In this document: positions 1 to 12,751 of the stretch, piece after piece | How the letters are laid out: each line of letters begins with the position of its first letter | How positions within the stretch are numbered: position 1 is the first letter of the stretch | Origin: Tubulanus polymorphus | Lineage: Eukaryota; Animalia; Nemertea | Length of the DNA: 64,000 bases | Reading direction: 5' to 3' | NCBI RefSeq assembly: GCF_964204645.1 | Contig: NC_134030.1 | Span: 21,412,210 to 21,476,209, forward strand | Translations under genes and position numbers: made by a program | The notes under the pieces: model-generated | The model's input: only the letters and a program-made list of their open reading frames with translations | Database searches by the model: none | What the model was told of the DNA's origin: nothing

Positions 1-101
1 CTGGTGGTAGCGATGTGTTCGTACGTGTAATAGTACCGCGAGTTGTCGTCAGGTCGAAAGACGGCGCTCCGTGAGGCGATCGAATGGTCGCCCGCCGTCA
101 T
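1..101 (-). CDS. Probable first coding exon of an unidentified gene running off the left edge (MTAGDHSIASRSAVFRPDDNSRYYYTYEHIATT...)
   Basis: Minus-strand ATG at 101-99 in an AAAATG context, preceded by an acceptor-like GCAG near 122-125. The frame is open to the window edge, with CpG-rich codons like the other exons here. Confidence 0.4.
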   Translation of the reverse strand, partial: MTAGDHSIASRSAVFRPDDNSRYYYTYEHIATT

Positions 102-135
102 TTTGAACTCGCGAAACGAACCTGCTCTAAGTATT

Positions 136-300
136 GGTGAAGATGAATATACAAGAATATAGTCGAAACGTTGAATAAACTACTACTATAGCTCATGGGG
201 AAATATTTGAGACTCTTATCTTTCATTCTTAAAATGGGACTTCATAATCTAGTATTCGTGGAGATGACTATTCAAGAATACAGTCTAAACTTCAAATAAT
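136..300 (+). other. Two degenerate tandem Penelope-type minimal hammerhead ribozyme relics
   Basis: gTGAAGAtgaatat..atagtcGAAAcgttg (~137-172) and gTGGAGAtgactat..acagtctAAActt (~258-292) resemble CUGANGA-stemII-GAAA-CGU, with substitutions in the core. Confidence 0.45.
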
Positions 301-1419
301 TAACCTGCTAACTCGAGGAAACATTTTCCGACTTGATATTATCTTTTTTGTTATTATCATATATGGGATTTTCCATAGATATCAGGGTTAGATCCTAAAG
401 GGTGCACAGAAACTATCCCCTTTATCTTTAGTTTACATGATAGAAAAAATTAGTTAAGATTTTTTGGCACTTTTTGTTCGGGGGACTTGGAATGACTGGT
501 AATCGACTTAGATAATAAGTCCATAGAACTGAAATCGAATTTTCAAAATCTTGACCCGGCCACTCCCTCGCATACCTAGCACCGGTTGTATAGTTGCCTT
601 GCAATCTCTGTAAATAAACCTACATTTTCAAACGAGTCTTACTGCGCTACTTGGCGCTTGTCACTTTGTTGGCAGCCGATGTTTCTCCTTCGCTTTATCG
701 AGAGGAGTGGGAAATATTTTGGCTCTGAAACAACTGCGTAGTTTAGTCGAGAGAGCGAGGAGCGGCGTTACATTCAGTATTACGGATACAAACGCGTTAG
801 TATCGCTCTAAAGTTCACAGTTCATCTATCGCTGACGTTTGGTTGTTTAAAAAAAACACTCGACAGCGAGAGAGGAAATTTACTACCATTCAGAACACGG
901 AACCTTCACGTGATATTAAATGGGGGCGGGTCTATAGTAAAATATGAGGACCTGTGCTGCACTAGCTATCCCGCTAGATGGCGTGCGTTCGTACTAGTGC
1001 GACAACTAAAAAAGTGACCAGCTCTAAAACTATAAAATTTCTCAAAATCTCTCAAAAGCAGTGAATCACTGTGGTAAAAAAATTGCAGACCAACCAGGTC
1101 GTTTGAAAATGATGACACAAATTTGTACGAATCGCAACTGATTTAGATAATGGTTTCGGTTCTCAATAAACAACGACGACGACGGTTAAAATCCGTTGAA
1201 ATTTGAAATTTAAATTCAATTTGATATTTAAATTCAATTTGAAATTTATTCAATATTCGTTTTAACTAATCTGCGCACGCAACAGCCCTTGCGTATTAAA
1301 TGACGGTTGAATGCGTTATAATTCGAAATTTGAAATCAGTTGACACTCTTTTTAACTAATCCGAGTCCGTCACACACCTCACGCGTAAACGATGATGACG
1401 GTTAATGTTACAATTCATA

Positions 1420-1920
1420 TTATTTGATGCTCTTTTTACTAATTTTTGTGCGCGACTGACTTCGCGATTCCCTTTGAGGCGAGAGCGAATCCACCTTCTT
1501 GATCGTAACTTCTCCTTTCGACGGTTTTCGAGGCCGCCTCTGCGACGTCTGCCCGTCCGCCCCACCGCCGCCACCTTTACGCAATCGCTTCATGAAATTC
1601 GGATACAGCTGATCGATCTTTTTCAGCAGCGGAAAAATCTCCGGAGGCCGCAGGGTCAGGGTATCGTCTGCGTTTGACGGTTGAGATTTGAATACGGCCA
1701 CGGCGATATAGGTGGCTCTGTCTTGTAAAAGTTCGTCCGCCTCTTCGTCTTCGGCGGCCATCGATAGATTTTTCAATTCTCCGTTTTCGTCGCATAAATC
1801 TAAAACGGTCGTCTGATCGCATTTACAACGTAAACGGATGTAGTCGAGCACGTTGCGCGTCATGCATCGCGGGTTTAGGAAGAAACAACGGTCGTCCCCG
1901 TGTCGAACCTGTACGAACAT
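1420..1920 (-). CDS. CXorf65/C22orf15-like uncharacterised protein (Pfam Il2rg-type family), 166 aa, single coding exon
   Basis: The N-terminus MFVQVRHGD...NPRC...LDYIR...LDLCDENGELKNL...ATY follows the CXorf65 pattern MFIFIKHGD...NTNC...YYIR...IDLCEQTG as I recall it. It has a basic Lys/Ser-rich tail. Confidence 0.8.
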   Translation of the reverse strand: MFVQVRHGDDRCFFLNPRCMTRNVLDYIRLRCKCDQTTVLDLCDENGELKNLSMAAEDEEADELLQDRATYIAVAVFKSQPSNADDTLTLRPPEIFPLLKKIDQLYPNFMKRLRKGGGGGADGQTSQRRPRKPSKGEVTIKKVDSLSPQRESRSQSRTKISKKSIK

Positions 1921-2061
1921 AATTTACCGCGCTGCGAGATGAGTCGACGCTCAGAACCCTACCCGACGCCAATCTGATCCGTTACCGACAAGAATTCGAC
2001 TTTTCAACCGTCGATACACGTGACAAACTAGGCAACGTACCGTCCATTTTTTAAAGCTCAG

Positions 2062-2199
2062 GGGCCAGTTGCATAGTCGCGGCTAAGACTTAAGACCAGT
2101 CTAAGACCAACTTAGTTCTATAGCTAATCTAACAACTTAAGACCAGTCTTAAGATTTAAGACCACTTTTGGACTTAAGTCACGACTGTGCAACTGGCCC
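2062..2199. mobile_element. Palindromic MITE, PIF/Harbinger-like (high-copy family)
   Basis: TIRs GGGCCAGTTGCAtAGTC / GACTGTGCAACTGGCCC with a CAG 3-bp TSD. Related ttaagaccagtc copies lie at ~27050, ~43000, ~47700-48270, ~55130, ~57700 and ~60930-61170. Confidence 0.75.
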
Positions 2200-2224
2200 C
2201 AGGAACCAATCGAGACTCAACCAG

Positions 2225-2691
2225 CAGGCGCGGATCAAGACTATCGCACATGCAGCACGTGCGGTAGTCGCAGTTTTCAAATGCCCTTGACAAATTTTTG
2301 TTTCGGAAAAAAAGAAAAAAACAGGGCACACAATTTGTGCGCCATAAAAAATTATTGCCTTTCTGTACTATGACTAAAGCAAAATGTGAATGAAAATAAA
2401 TTGCCCAAAGACAAAAAAAGGCAATCTAAGGCATTTTTCTTTACTCAAAAGGGCACTATTCTAATAGAGACATTATTGTTGCTCTATAAATCTAATCGAA
2501 AAAGGGCAAATTTCGCCAAAAATCTAAAAAAGGCACAAGCAAATTGAATGCCAAGGCAAATTTAGTGGCATGATACCAATAAATGGCACTCAAACTCAAA
2601 CTCGCTCGCTGGGCATTAATACTGGCCCTTTTCAAGTTGGTGCCCTTTTGTCACTGTGCTGTAGTCACCGAATTGCCTGGATCCGCGCCTG
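2225..2691. mobile_element. Non-autonomous hAT-like DNA element with 5-bp TSD
   Basis: TIRs CAGGCGCGGATC / GATCCGCGCCTG. ACCAG is duplicated at 2220-2224 and 2692-2696. Internal aaagggca/tgccc subterminal motifs are present. Confidence 0.75.
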
Positions 2692-2789
2692 ACCAGTGTC
2701 CGGACATTTGAATTTGTTCAGATTCTGTAATTTCAGACAATTTCGGACAAGCCCTGTGCGCTAGCCGCACTCCGGAACTTAAAAACTCT

Positions 2790-3215
2790 TGGACTGTCGG
2801 GAAGCGGCGCGCGTTAGACTGGTTACCGGTCTCTATCTTCAATTCGAAGAATATATTGAATGGGACAGGCAACCAGTCTACGGCGCGCGTATGGACAGGC
2901 GACCAGTCTATGGCGCGCGCGTATGGACAGGCGACCAGTCTATCGCGCGGAGATTCCGCGAGTCCTCACTTCCGATGTGGAGTCGTGACCCGCCATATTG
3001 AAATTTGGTAAGTCTTGGAATTTTTCCAGTTTTTTATCCTTGAATTGTATCTATGTGTTAAGTTAACAGTTGGCTATATACCCCGGAGATGCCGGTACAA
3101 TAAACACCGTCTCTAAAACTGACCTGAGACCCACAAAAATAATATTCGAAGTGGAATTTTGAAGTACGTCACGTGTGTCGTCGTCACGGTCCGGTGGTCC
3201 GCACCTCTAATCTAG
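2790..3215 (+). mobile_element. Possible non-autonomous Helitron-like fragment
   Basis: A GC-rich near-hairpin CGGTCCGGTGGTCCG (3187-3201) lies ~10 nt before CTAG|T (3212-3216). An internal ~30-bp repeat ggacaggcgaccagtcta.. occurs 3 times. The 5' end is not defined. Confidence 0.3.
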
Positions 3216-3522
3216 TAATCTATTCTATCTCTGTCTGTTTCAACCTGACTTGAGAACAAACCGGGTGGCCTAGCTCAGTCTGTTTTGGTAGTACATACCT
3301 GATAAAAGTCTTATTAGGACCAGAATGTACTGGCAGTCGACCTAAAACACTGATTTTTAATCAATTTTTAACTGTATTGAAGGATATGCAAAAAATCTGA
3401 GGTTCCGATGGGTTTAGGGTTTAAAGGACCCAAAGGGTAAGGATAAGGGTTCTGTTTTACCCCTAGGGATAGGATTAGGGTAAGGTGAGGTACTATATCT
3501 AGTTAAAACTCTGTTGGTTTTC

Positions 3523-3608
3523 AGCGAGCTCGATGGTCTAGTGGGAAGATGCTGCGCTAGTAATTTACTGGCCCGGGTTCGAGTCTCGCTCTCTCCATCT
3601 CTTTTTTC
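3523..3608 (+). pseudogene. tRNA-derived Pol III-like unit (pseudo-tRNA/SINE head)
   Basis: A box TGGTCTAGTGG (3534), B box GGTTCGAGTC (3576) and a T-tract at 3602. The acceptor stem does not pair. Confidence 0.45.
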
Positions 3609-4289
3609 TCTAACTCTGTTCTCGACACTTTCCTTAAATTTTCTAAGTCACACACCTCTGTGCGCATGCGCGGCGTAAATCAGCCAATCAGTGACGATGT
3701 ACGATAAAATAACGGAACACTGCCATAAACAGGCGAGTTGGAAGCAATTTTTGATCGCCGCGGCCGAATGCCGATTTTGGACAGGTTCTAAATATTGCCG
3801 CGGAGAATTTACTTAATTTCTTCAAAAACGTTGTGTAGAAAGACAAAAAAAACGTCATTCAGTAAATTATTGCCACGGCTTTCGCAGCAGCAGTCGCTAC
3901 ATTTCCACTTCTACTGGTATATGGTAATATATCCACTGCTTAAACTAAAACATTGTCATTACAATAACAGTGACCCCCACTTATTGTTACAGATACAAAC
4001 AACAGATGATGTCATCAATCGGTTTAATGACGTTAAAGACGAATCTTCAACATCGAATCAGTTGAAAACGACAATATAAACTGCTTCCCTTCACTGGCTG
4101 TAACTCAATTCAGATTTATTGATCATCTTTTAGAAAATGTTTGTCTCTCATTCGTTCAATCGTGTAACTGATATCTGTGAATAGTCTCTACGATCAACAG
4201 ATACCGCATTGAAATCTAATATTCTTTATTTCAGGCATAATTCCGGTTACTGTGGTATGAAATAAGATTGAGTCTACTGCTGTTGGAGC

Positions 4290-4640
4290 AGCAGAGGAGG
4301 AGTATCGTAGGAGCAGCAGGAGTATCATAGGAGCAGCTGGAGTATCGTAGGAGCAGCAGGAGTATCGTAGGAGCAGCAGGAGTATCATAGGAGTGGCAGG
4401 AGTATCGTTGGAGTATCATAGGAGCGGCAGGAGTATCATAGGAGCAGGAGTATCATAGGAGCAGCAGGAGTATCGTTGGAGTAACATAGGAGCGGCAGGA
4501 GTATCGTAGGAGCAGCAGGAGTATCGTAGGAGCCACAGGAGTATCGTAGGGGCAGCAGGAGTATCGTAGGAGTAGCAGGAGTATCATAGGAGCAGCAGGA
4601 GTATCATAGGAGCAGCTGGAGTATCGTAGGAGCAGCAGAA
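4290..4640. repeat. 20-bp minisatellite (ggagtatcRtaggagcagca)n, ~17 copies
   Basis: Direct tandem repetition is visible. Confidence 0.95.
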
Positions 4641-5481
4641 TAAATCAAAGAAGAGACAAGATAAGTTGTTTTAGAATTATGTCTTCATTCATACCACTTA
4701 TTGATGGAGGAGTTGAAGATGTTCAGGACCAGTTTAATTCAGGTTATCTCCTAACAGACTAAAAACCAAAATGTCGAATGATTATAACGATTATTGAATT
4801 TGTCTCCAGCAAGTATCTGTATCCATCTTCAGCTCACTTCACACACAGCTGTAGATCAGAGTTCCTTACAGCGACCACTGAATCAACCTAATCGTAACAA
4901 CTGAAATAATGATAACACATTCTATATGAATACGTATGAAGCACATCTGAAACCAAAGTGATAGAAAAACAGAAAGTTGTAAAATGTTTTGTGACGCAGT
5001 TTGATTTGTGTCAGATTGTAACTGTAGAAGTTTCACTCATTGTTTCAGTCTAATAGAGATATAACTGATGTACATGTAACATTGACTGTGTAACACTGCA
5101 GTCATTTATTCACTTATTCCTCCTCAGTTTGAAGAATGTTTGTTCTCTCATCTTCATTAGCGATAAGAATCATTCTCATCCGTGTAACTACAACATCGTG
5201 ACATTTCTACTTATTCAATCATAGAGGGGAATGAGGAGTATGAGGTTTGGGTATGGAATGGGGCAGGGTATGGTGTAGTTGACCGTTAGGGTAGGATAGG
5301 GTAATGTGATGAGGTAAGGTCGGTTGGATGATGCAGGGTTGTTTGATATGGTTGCATTCGATGATGAGTTTAATATAGAACTGTTTGGGGGTAAGTGATG
5401 TATGTGGTAGTGTACGTCGTGTATGTTCGGAGGGTGTATGATAACGGATTGAAAGGTTGCTGGTAGGGGGCGGTACAGTAG

Positions 5482-5654
5482 CATCCTCACTCACCAGGGC
5501 TCGGGTTGCTTCCTGCTGACGCTCACGTCGACACCGCAATTCTTTATTTATCGGTCTATTGGATTATGAGGAATTATCCAGCCAATGATAGCAGAGTTAT
5601 TATCCAGATGTGAGCTTCAGCGGAATGCAACCAGACCCTGGTGAGTGAGGATGT
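5482..5654. mobile_element. MITE with CATCCTC... termini inserted in the left arm of the inverted repeat
   Basis: TIRs catcctcactcaccaggg / ccctggtgagtgaggatg. It is absent from the matching position in the right arm (~8280). Confidence 0.7.
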
Positions 5655-5765
5655 GTAGTAGTGATGCTGGTATGGTATGTGTAAGGTTGGGGGTGGGGTA
5701 TGTAGAGTGTTAAGGATCGGGTAAGGCATGGTTAGATTAATATGAAAGTGTCAGTTTGGGTAATG

Positions 5766-6002
5766 CAGGGTCCGATCTAAGCACGTGTCCGATTGCCCGG
5801 GACAAGTATATTATCATTAGGGCAAGGTTATCATGATCACATATCCCCCGGGCTAGTGTGTTTTTATATCTCAAAGCCGTTTCCCAATCGATACAACAGT
5901 TGGACTGCCTGTGTAGGGCAAGTAGATTTTTGAGGGGGCAAGTGAAATTTCAGATATGCTTACCCCCGGGCAAGTGGTGGTTATTCCTTAGATCGGACCC
6001 TG
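5766..6002. mobile_element. hAT-like MITE with 5-bp TSD (TAATG)
   Basis: TIRs CAGGGTCCGATCTAAG / CTTAGATCGGACCCTG. TAATG lies at 5761-5765 and 6003-6007. The empty site is visible in the right arm (~8170-8185). Internal gggcaagt repeats are present. Confidence 0.85.
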
Positions 6003-9000
6003 TAATGCGGGGTCAGGATGTTTGGTGTTGTTGAGGTGAGGGTGAATTCATCAATGTTTTCACTAAGTAGCAGGATTTTTGCTGTGCTTTGAATGGGGCC
6101 ACAGTAAAATGTTTTGAACAACGATGAATGATGCTCTTGGTGCTCATTCACCCATCAGGAGACAGTACCGAAGTAGGTTGTGTCTATTAATACCGATGCA
6201 TCATCTCCCCGCCCCCGACAACTTCTTCAGATAGAAATCTGTTTCTGTCTGATATGTTAAGAAATGGTGACCCAGATGGTGATAGGACAGTACAGGGGCG
6301 ATGTTGGGGTAGGGTAATGCGATTCAGAGATAGTGGTCCGGTCCAGAGTTGGAGTTGGGAAACAGTACGAGCCCGTGTAGAAAGCCCGTCGTTTTGAGTA
6401 CACGGGTATTTTTGAAATGAGTCCCTCTCACAATATGTACTGAAAATACTCACATATGTATTTTCTCTAGTTGAACTAGTGTTTTGATCTGCATTCATTT
6501 AAATGACTCTTCACTGACGAATACAATCCTGTGTATAATAAGCCGGTCCTTTTGAATGCGCGGCTCATTTACAAAATATAGGTACGCAAAATTCTGATAC
6601 GCATTTATCTTGGAAATATTTCGGCATGTCCTTTATATAACAGGATAGAACTCATCGGAGTGATTTCGACTTGGGTGTGAATACTTCAAGGGTTTATATA
6701 TCAGTAGTATCGTACCTAGCCTTACCTCCTTCCCTACCTCCTTCCCGCGCTGACTATTCCAAAATCTCTATATGAGATACATCGAGAATGATGCTATTGA
6801 AGATCGAATTCATCGATTCATTTAGGAATTGAAACTTGTTTCATGGAACAAATGGTGCTGCAAATAAACGATATCATCGAACAATGATATGATTCTGATT
6901 GACTATAGTGAACTGCTGCCCTACTGCTGGTTTTGAAAGCACTGATTGAGATGGATTTAAACCCAGTTCAATTACTATATTTCCTATATATACACTTACT
7001 GCCGGGTGCTACTGATACAGAGCTATGAGAAAGAGAGAGAGAGAGAGAAAAAGCCATAAGAAAAAGAAAGAACATGAAAAGAGTGGGGTCTGAGAGCAAT
7101 TCGAAGGTTTAGTGTCCTGCACGCTTAGAGGGCGGGCAGGGGTCTATTCCTACCTCGACTCGAGAAAGGTGAGCTTAAAGCCACCAAGCACAAAAGTGGG
7201 GTCTGAAGGGAAGTCCACTTCTGGTTTAGAGAGCGGGCAGTGGTCTATACCTACCTCACGTGCTTAAAAATGTTCGCAAAAATGGCAAATAAGAAAATGT
7301 GTGAGAGTGAGAGTGAGAGAGAGGCTGAGTTCTGAGTTTCATGTATCACTGGGCGTAACGTGATAAATATAAGAGAAATAATTCACAGAAAATCTTCAAT
7401 AATTTTATTGTGGGTTCACAGTCTATTTCTCATCAGTTTGCTATTTGTAAAGCTTGTAGTCGGTTATAAAAACTATTCAGATATTTGTGCAATCAGAAGA
7501 TTTTGCCGTCATTTGCTTCATGAAGCATTCAATTGTTAAAATGAATCACGCGACACACATGTCAAATAATGTTACTGATTTGTCATTGATGGTGTTGTAA
7601 TATTCGATATCTTGCGGGTATCGTCTCCCAGTATTTCACATGGAATTGAGGAGTAGTTTGAGTGAATGGGAGGCTTTAAAAAAAATATCTCACTTGTTCC
7701 ATTAGATTTAGTTTGACATCATCTGATTACTTTTCAACCAGTAGTTTATTGTAGGTTTGTCGGGAATTGTAAATAGGCTTAAGATTTTCAAGTCGTTCAC
7801 CAACGAGGTTTTAGACGTCACATCCATAGCTCCTTCCACAACTCGTGAATTCATTTTTACCCAATGATGCTATTTATCATGAAATACGTTAGTTTAAGTA
7901 GATAGTTTGGTAGATCGAAACTGGCTAATTTGACTCAACAGCCATTAGTGAAAAATAGAAATTGTTCTGAATAGAAAGGATAAGTAAGCATTGATATATC
8001 TAAAGGGAGCGGCCTGGAGGCGGCTGAGAGACGGACCGACCCCGTCAATCACTCATCACACCCTGTACCGTCCTAGCTCCACCCCTTATATCACATCACG
8101 TACCTCCTAACATTCCACAGACACCACCCCCGACCTCACCCTCACCTCAACAACACCAAACATCCTGACCCCGCATCACCCAAACTTACACTTTCGTATT
8201 AATCTAATCAGGCCTTTCCCTATCCTTAAAACTTTACATACCCCACCCCCAACCTTACACATACCATACCAGCATCACACCTGTACCGCCCTCTACCAGC
8301 AACCTTTCTCCGTTATCATACACCTCCCTAACTATACATCGTACACTACCACATACACCCACCCCAAACAGTTCTATATTAAACTGATCATCTAATCCAG
8401 CCTTATCAAACAACCCTGCATCATCCAACCTGACCTTACCTTATCACAATGTCCTATCCTCCCCTAACGTGTCAACTCCCATACCCTGTCTCATTCCATA
8501 CCCAAGCGCCATACTCCTCATTCCCTCTATGATTAGATGAGTAGAAATGTTACGATGTTGTAGTTACACGGATGAGAATGATTCTTATCGCTAATGAAGA
8601 TGAGAGAACAAACATTCCTCAAACTGAGGAGGAATAAGTGAACAAATGACTGCAGTGTTACACAGTCAGTGTTACATGTACATCAGTTATATCTCTATTA
8701 GACTGAACCAATGAGTGAAACTTCTACAGTTACAATCTGACACAAATCAAACTGCGTCAGAAAACATTTTTCAACTTTCTATTTTTCTATCACTTTGGTT
8801 TCAGATGTGCTTCATACGTATTCATATAGAATGTGTTATCATTATTTCAGTTGTTACGATTAGGTTGATTCAGTGGTCGCTGTAAGGAACTCTGATCTAT
8901 AGCTGTGTGTGAAGTGAGCTGAAGATGGATACAGATACTTGCTGGAGACAAATTCAATAATCATTATAATCATTCGACATTTTGGTTTTTAGTCTGTTAG

Positions 9001-9510
9001 GAAATAAACTGAATTCTGGTCCTGAACATCTTCAACTCCTCAATCAATAAGTGGTAATTTCAACAGTTTATTTCATGAATATGATAAATTGAAGAATCTG
9101 TTATTTTTATTTCAGTGTCAATCATTGCTAGGGAGTTGTAGAATCTGATATAGAACTGATTTTCACAGTCAGCTGCAGACATTACTGGTATGTATTACTT
9201 GTGTATGGATACAATTTCAATAAAATAATATTCATCCTAATCATCATTATCATCATTATCATCATCTAGTTCTGCCTCATCAGCAGCAGTGTGCGTCCTG
9301 AGGAAGCAGTAAGTGGTATGTACACGAAGACATAATTTCAACAATTTATTTCATAATTTCCTGCAATGAAATTTTATAAATTGAAGAATCTGTAATTATC
9401 ATTTCAGTGTCAATCATTGCTGAGGAGTTGTAGAATCTGATATAGAACTGATTTTCACAGTCAGCTGCAGACATTACTGGTATGTAATACATGTTTATGG
9501 ATACAATAGA

Positions 9511-9830
9511 ATAATATAATAATATGTGTCTTATATAGCGCTAAATCCAGCCAGGCTGCTTTGAGCGCTTTATATTTTTCGGTATTATTACCCCGGCCAA
9601 TTTTATACTCTAACATGTATCAGTCATCTCTCCGTGGGGAGAAGTATCACCGAGCTGCTAACAAACGCTCAGGAGTCATCTATCAGGCCAGGTACCCATT
9701 TACTCCTGGGTGGAGAGAGGCAATGAGGATAAGTGTCTTGCCCGAAGACACTACGGCAATGTACGGGGTTCGAACCCACGACCTGGCTTCCCAGAGCCGA
9801 ACGCTCTAACCGCTCGGCCACACCGCTCCC
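9511..9830 (-). mobile_element. tRNA-derived CORE-like SINE, copy 1
   Basis: The minus strand has A box TGGCCGAGCGG, B box GGTTCGAACCC, a CORE-like segment gtgtcttcgggcaagacacttatcctc..gtaaatgggtacc, and a tail agcgctatataag..(TAT)n. Confidence 0.8.
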
Positions 9831-10745
9831 TCATTCATATTAATTCATCCTCATCATCATTATCATCTAGTTCTGCCTTCTCAGTAGCGGTGTGCATCCT
9901 GAGGAGGCAATCAGTCCTCCTGCAATCACAGATTGCCCGTTCTTGTGCTGCCACTCTCGAGGAGGTCAGGTGACATTGGGTCTTACTTAGTTCAACTCAG
10001 TATTCGTTCTCAGGTGGGCTCTTTAGTTGTGGTTGGAGGTTGGAGCGTCGTCTTACCGGACTAGATTGCCTCCTAACCAGCTGGTATCGGTAATGATTAC
10101 CTGTTTTGTTTTAACCTGTTAGGAGATGACCAATTACCAGAAGAAGACCAGAGATGATCAATTACCAGCAGAAGACCCCGGATTGACAATTACCAGAAGA
10201 CCAGATATCGCCAATTACCAAGAGACCAGGGATTGCCAATTACCAACTACATGGGATGATCAGATGGCCAGAAATGACATTTTACAACTTTCTTTTTTTC
10301 TATCACTTTGGTTTCAGATGTGCTTCATACGTATTCATATAGAATGTGTTATCATTATTTCAGTTGTTACGATTAGGTTGATTCAGTGGTCGCTGTAAGG
10401 AACTCTGATCTACAGCTGTGTGTGAAGTGAGCTGAAGATGGATACAGATACTTGCTGGAAACAAATTCAATAATCGTTATAATCATTCAACATTTTGGTT
10501 TTTAGTCTGTTAGGAGATAAACTGAATTCTGGTCCTGAACATCTTCAACTCCTCCATCAATAAGTGGTAATTTCAACAATTTATTTCATAATTTCCTGCA
10601 ATAGAATTCGATAAATTGAAGAATCTGTTATTTTCATTTCAGTGTCAATCATTGCTGAGGAGTTGTAGAATCTGATATAGAACTGATTTTCACAGTCAGC
10701 TGCAGACATTACTGGTATGTAATACATGTTTATGGATACAATAGA

Positions 10746-11482
10746 ATAATATAATAATATGTGTCTTATATAGCGCTAAATCCAGCCAGGCTGCTCAGAG
10801 CGCTTTACATTTTTCGGTATTATTACCCTGGCCAATTTTATACTCTAACATGTATCAGTCATCTCTCCCTGGGGAGAAGTAACACCGAGCTGCTAACAAA
10901 CGCTCAGGAGTCATCTATCAGGCCAGGTACCCATTTACTCCTTGGTGGAGAGAGGCAATGAGGATTAGTGTCTTGCCCGAGGCACGGGCACTTGAATATG
11001 GGCTTTGATAATGGATAAATATTTATTAATTCACCAGCGATATGTTGTTCCTACTTCGATAATCCGCCATGTTTTATAATATTTTACCCATGATGCAACG
11101 CGCGCCCGTCGTTTAACTATACTATACAGAAAGGCTGGAAGATTTTAAATGGCAACAAAATTGATTTTTGAAAATTCGCGATGATTCGAGATTTAAGCAT
11201 TACGGAGATAGGTGCGTTTCCAGCCTTTCTGTATAGTATAGTTAGACGAGGGATGCGCATTGGATCATGGGTGAAACAGTTGCATCATGGATAATTAAGA
11301 TGGCAACCCCGGTGGTGTTTTATCGTAGATTACGATAAATTTTATCATTTATAACACCAACAAGGTCAAAGCCCATATTCAAGTGCCTGTGCCCGTGGAC
11401 ACTACGGCAATGTACGGGGTTCGAACCCACGACCTGGCTTCCCAGAGCCGAACGCTCTAACCGCTCGGCCACAACCGCTCCC
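10746..11482 (-). mobile_element. tRNA-derived CORE-like SINE, copy 2, interrupted by a MITE
   Basis: Near-identical to 9511-9830 and split at gtcttgcccga|...|ggacactacgg. Confidence 0.8.
10981..11393. mobile_element. MITE with 28-bp TIRs and an internal inverted repeat
   Basis: TIRs ggcacgggcacttgaatatgggctttga / tcaaagcccatattcaagtgcctgtgcc; internal IR actatactatacagaaaggctggaa / ttccagcctttctgtatagtatagt. Confidence 0.8.
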
Positions 11483-12751
11483 TCATTCATCATCATCATT
11501 ATCATCGTCATCATTATCATCTAGTTCTGCCTCATCAGTAGCGGTGTGCATTCTGAGGAGGCAATCAGTCCTCCTGCAATCACAGATTGCCCGTTCTTGT
11601 GCTGCCACTCTCAAGGAGGTCAGGTGACATTGGGTCTTACTTTAGTGCAACTGAGTATTCGTTTCTCAGGTGGGCTCTTTGGTTGCTGTTGGAGGTTGGA
11701 GCGTTGTCTTACCGGACTAGATTGCCTACTAACCAGCTGGTATCGGTAATGATTACCTGTTTTGTTTTAACCTGTTAGGAGATGACCAATTACCAGCAGA
11801 AGACCCCGGATCGACAATTACCAGAAGACCATGGATCGACAATTACCAGAAGACCAGATATCGCCAATTACCAGAAGAAGACCACGGATCGACAATTACC
11901 AGAAGACCAGATATCGCCAATTACCAACTACATGGGATGATCAATTGCCAGATGACCAGAAATGACATTTTACAACTTTCTCATTTTCTATCACTTTGGT
12001 TTCAGATGTGCTTCATACGTATTCATATAGAATGTGTTATCATTATTTCAGTTGTAATGATTAGGTTGATTCAGTGGTCGCTGTAAGGAACTCTGATCTA
12101 TAGCTGTGTGTGAAGTGAGCTGAAGATGGATACAGATACTTGCTGGAGATAAATTCAATAATCGTTATAATCATTCGACATTTTGGTTTTTAGTCTATTA
12201 GGAGATAAACTGAATTCTGGTCCTGAACATCTTCAACTCCTCCATCAATAAGTGGTAATTTCAACAATTTATTTCATAATTTCCTGCAATAGAATTCGAT
12301 AAATTGAGGAATCTGTTATTTTCATTTCAGTGTCAATCATTGCTGGGGAGTTGTAGAATCTGATATAGAACTGATTTTCACAGTCAGCTGCAGACATTAC
12401 TGGTATGTAATACATATTTCCGTCGAGTACTGTACCCTTTCCTATGGTTTTTGCCAATATTTTCTAAATTTGGATTGATCGCCAATGGTTTTTCTATACG
12501 ACCCAGCCCTGCCGTATTGCATTTAGCCACCGGCGAAATCCGCCATCTTTTTTTTTGGCGTTCTCGCAGTAGAACGCGTTGGATTTTTTCGCCGTAAAAA
12601 TCTGGGAATTAGGATATTAGGTAGTTTTCACTCTCATAACGGTGAGTCCGTTCGGTTTGGGGGTTATCCCTGGTTTCTATATTTCCGTAAGAATTTTATT
12701 TACAAATATAATTCGATTGAATTGAATTGATTTGATTTGTAACAGGTAATT

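Larger units (their letters stand above)
4692..9056. repeat. Large inverted duplication: arms 4692-6045 and 8136-9056, ~2.1-kb spacer
   Basis: For example, taccacttattgatggaggagttgaagatgttcaggaccag (4692) closely matches the reverse complement of 9016-9056. The arms are colinear once two MITE insertions are removed from the left arm. Confidence 0.9.

Noticed and set aside
3523-3608. Functional tRNA gene (also ~30045-30130)
   Set aside because: A/B boxes are present, but the acceptor and anticodon stems do not pair.
5215-6498. ORFs 5215-5539 and 6187-6498
   Set aside because: They are low-complexity and cross a MITE boundary or lack motifs; no coding signal.
11490-11760. Protein-coding reading of the tandem unit (minus-strand ..TDEAELDDNDDD, plus-strand DDQLPED repeats)
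   Set aside because: Stops and frameshifts occur in every copy and no family is recognisable. It is kept only as a possible decayed gene.
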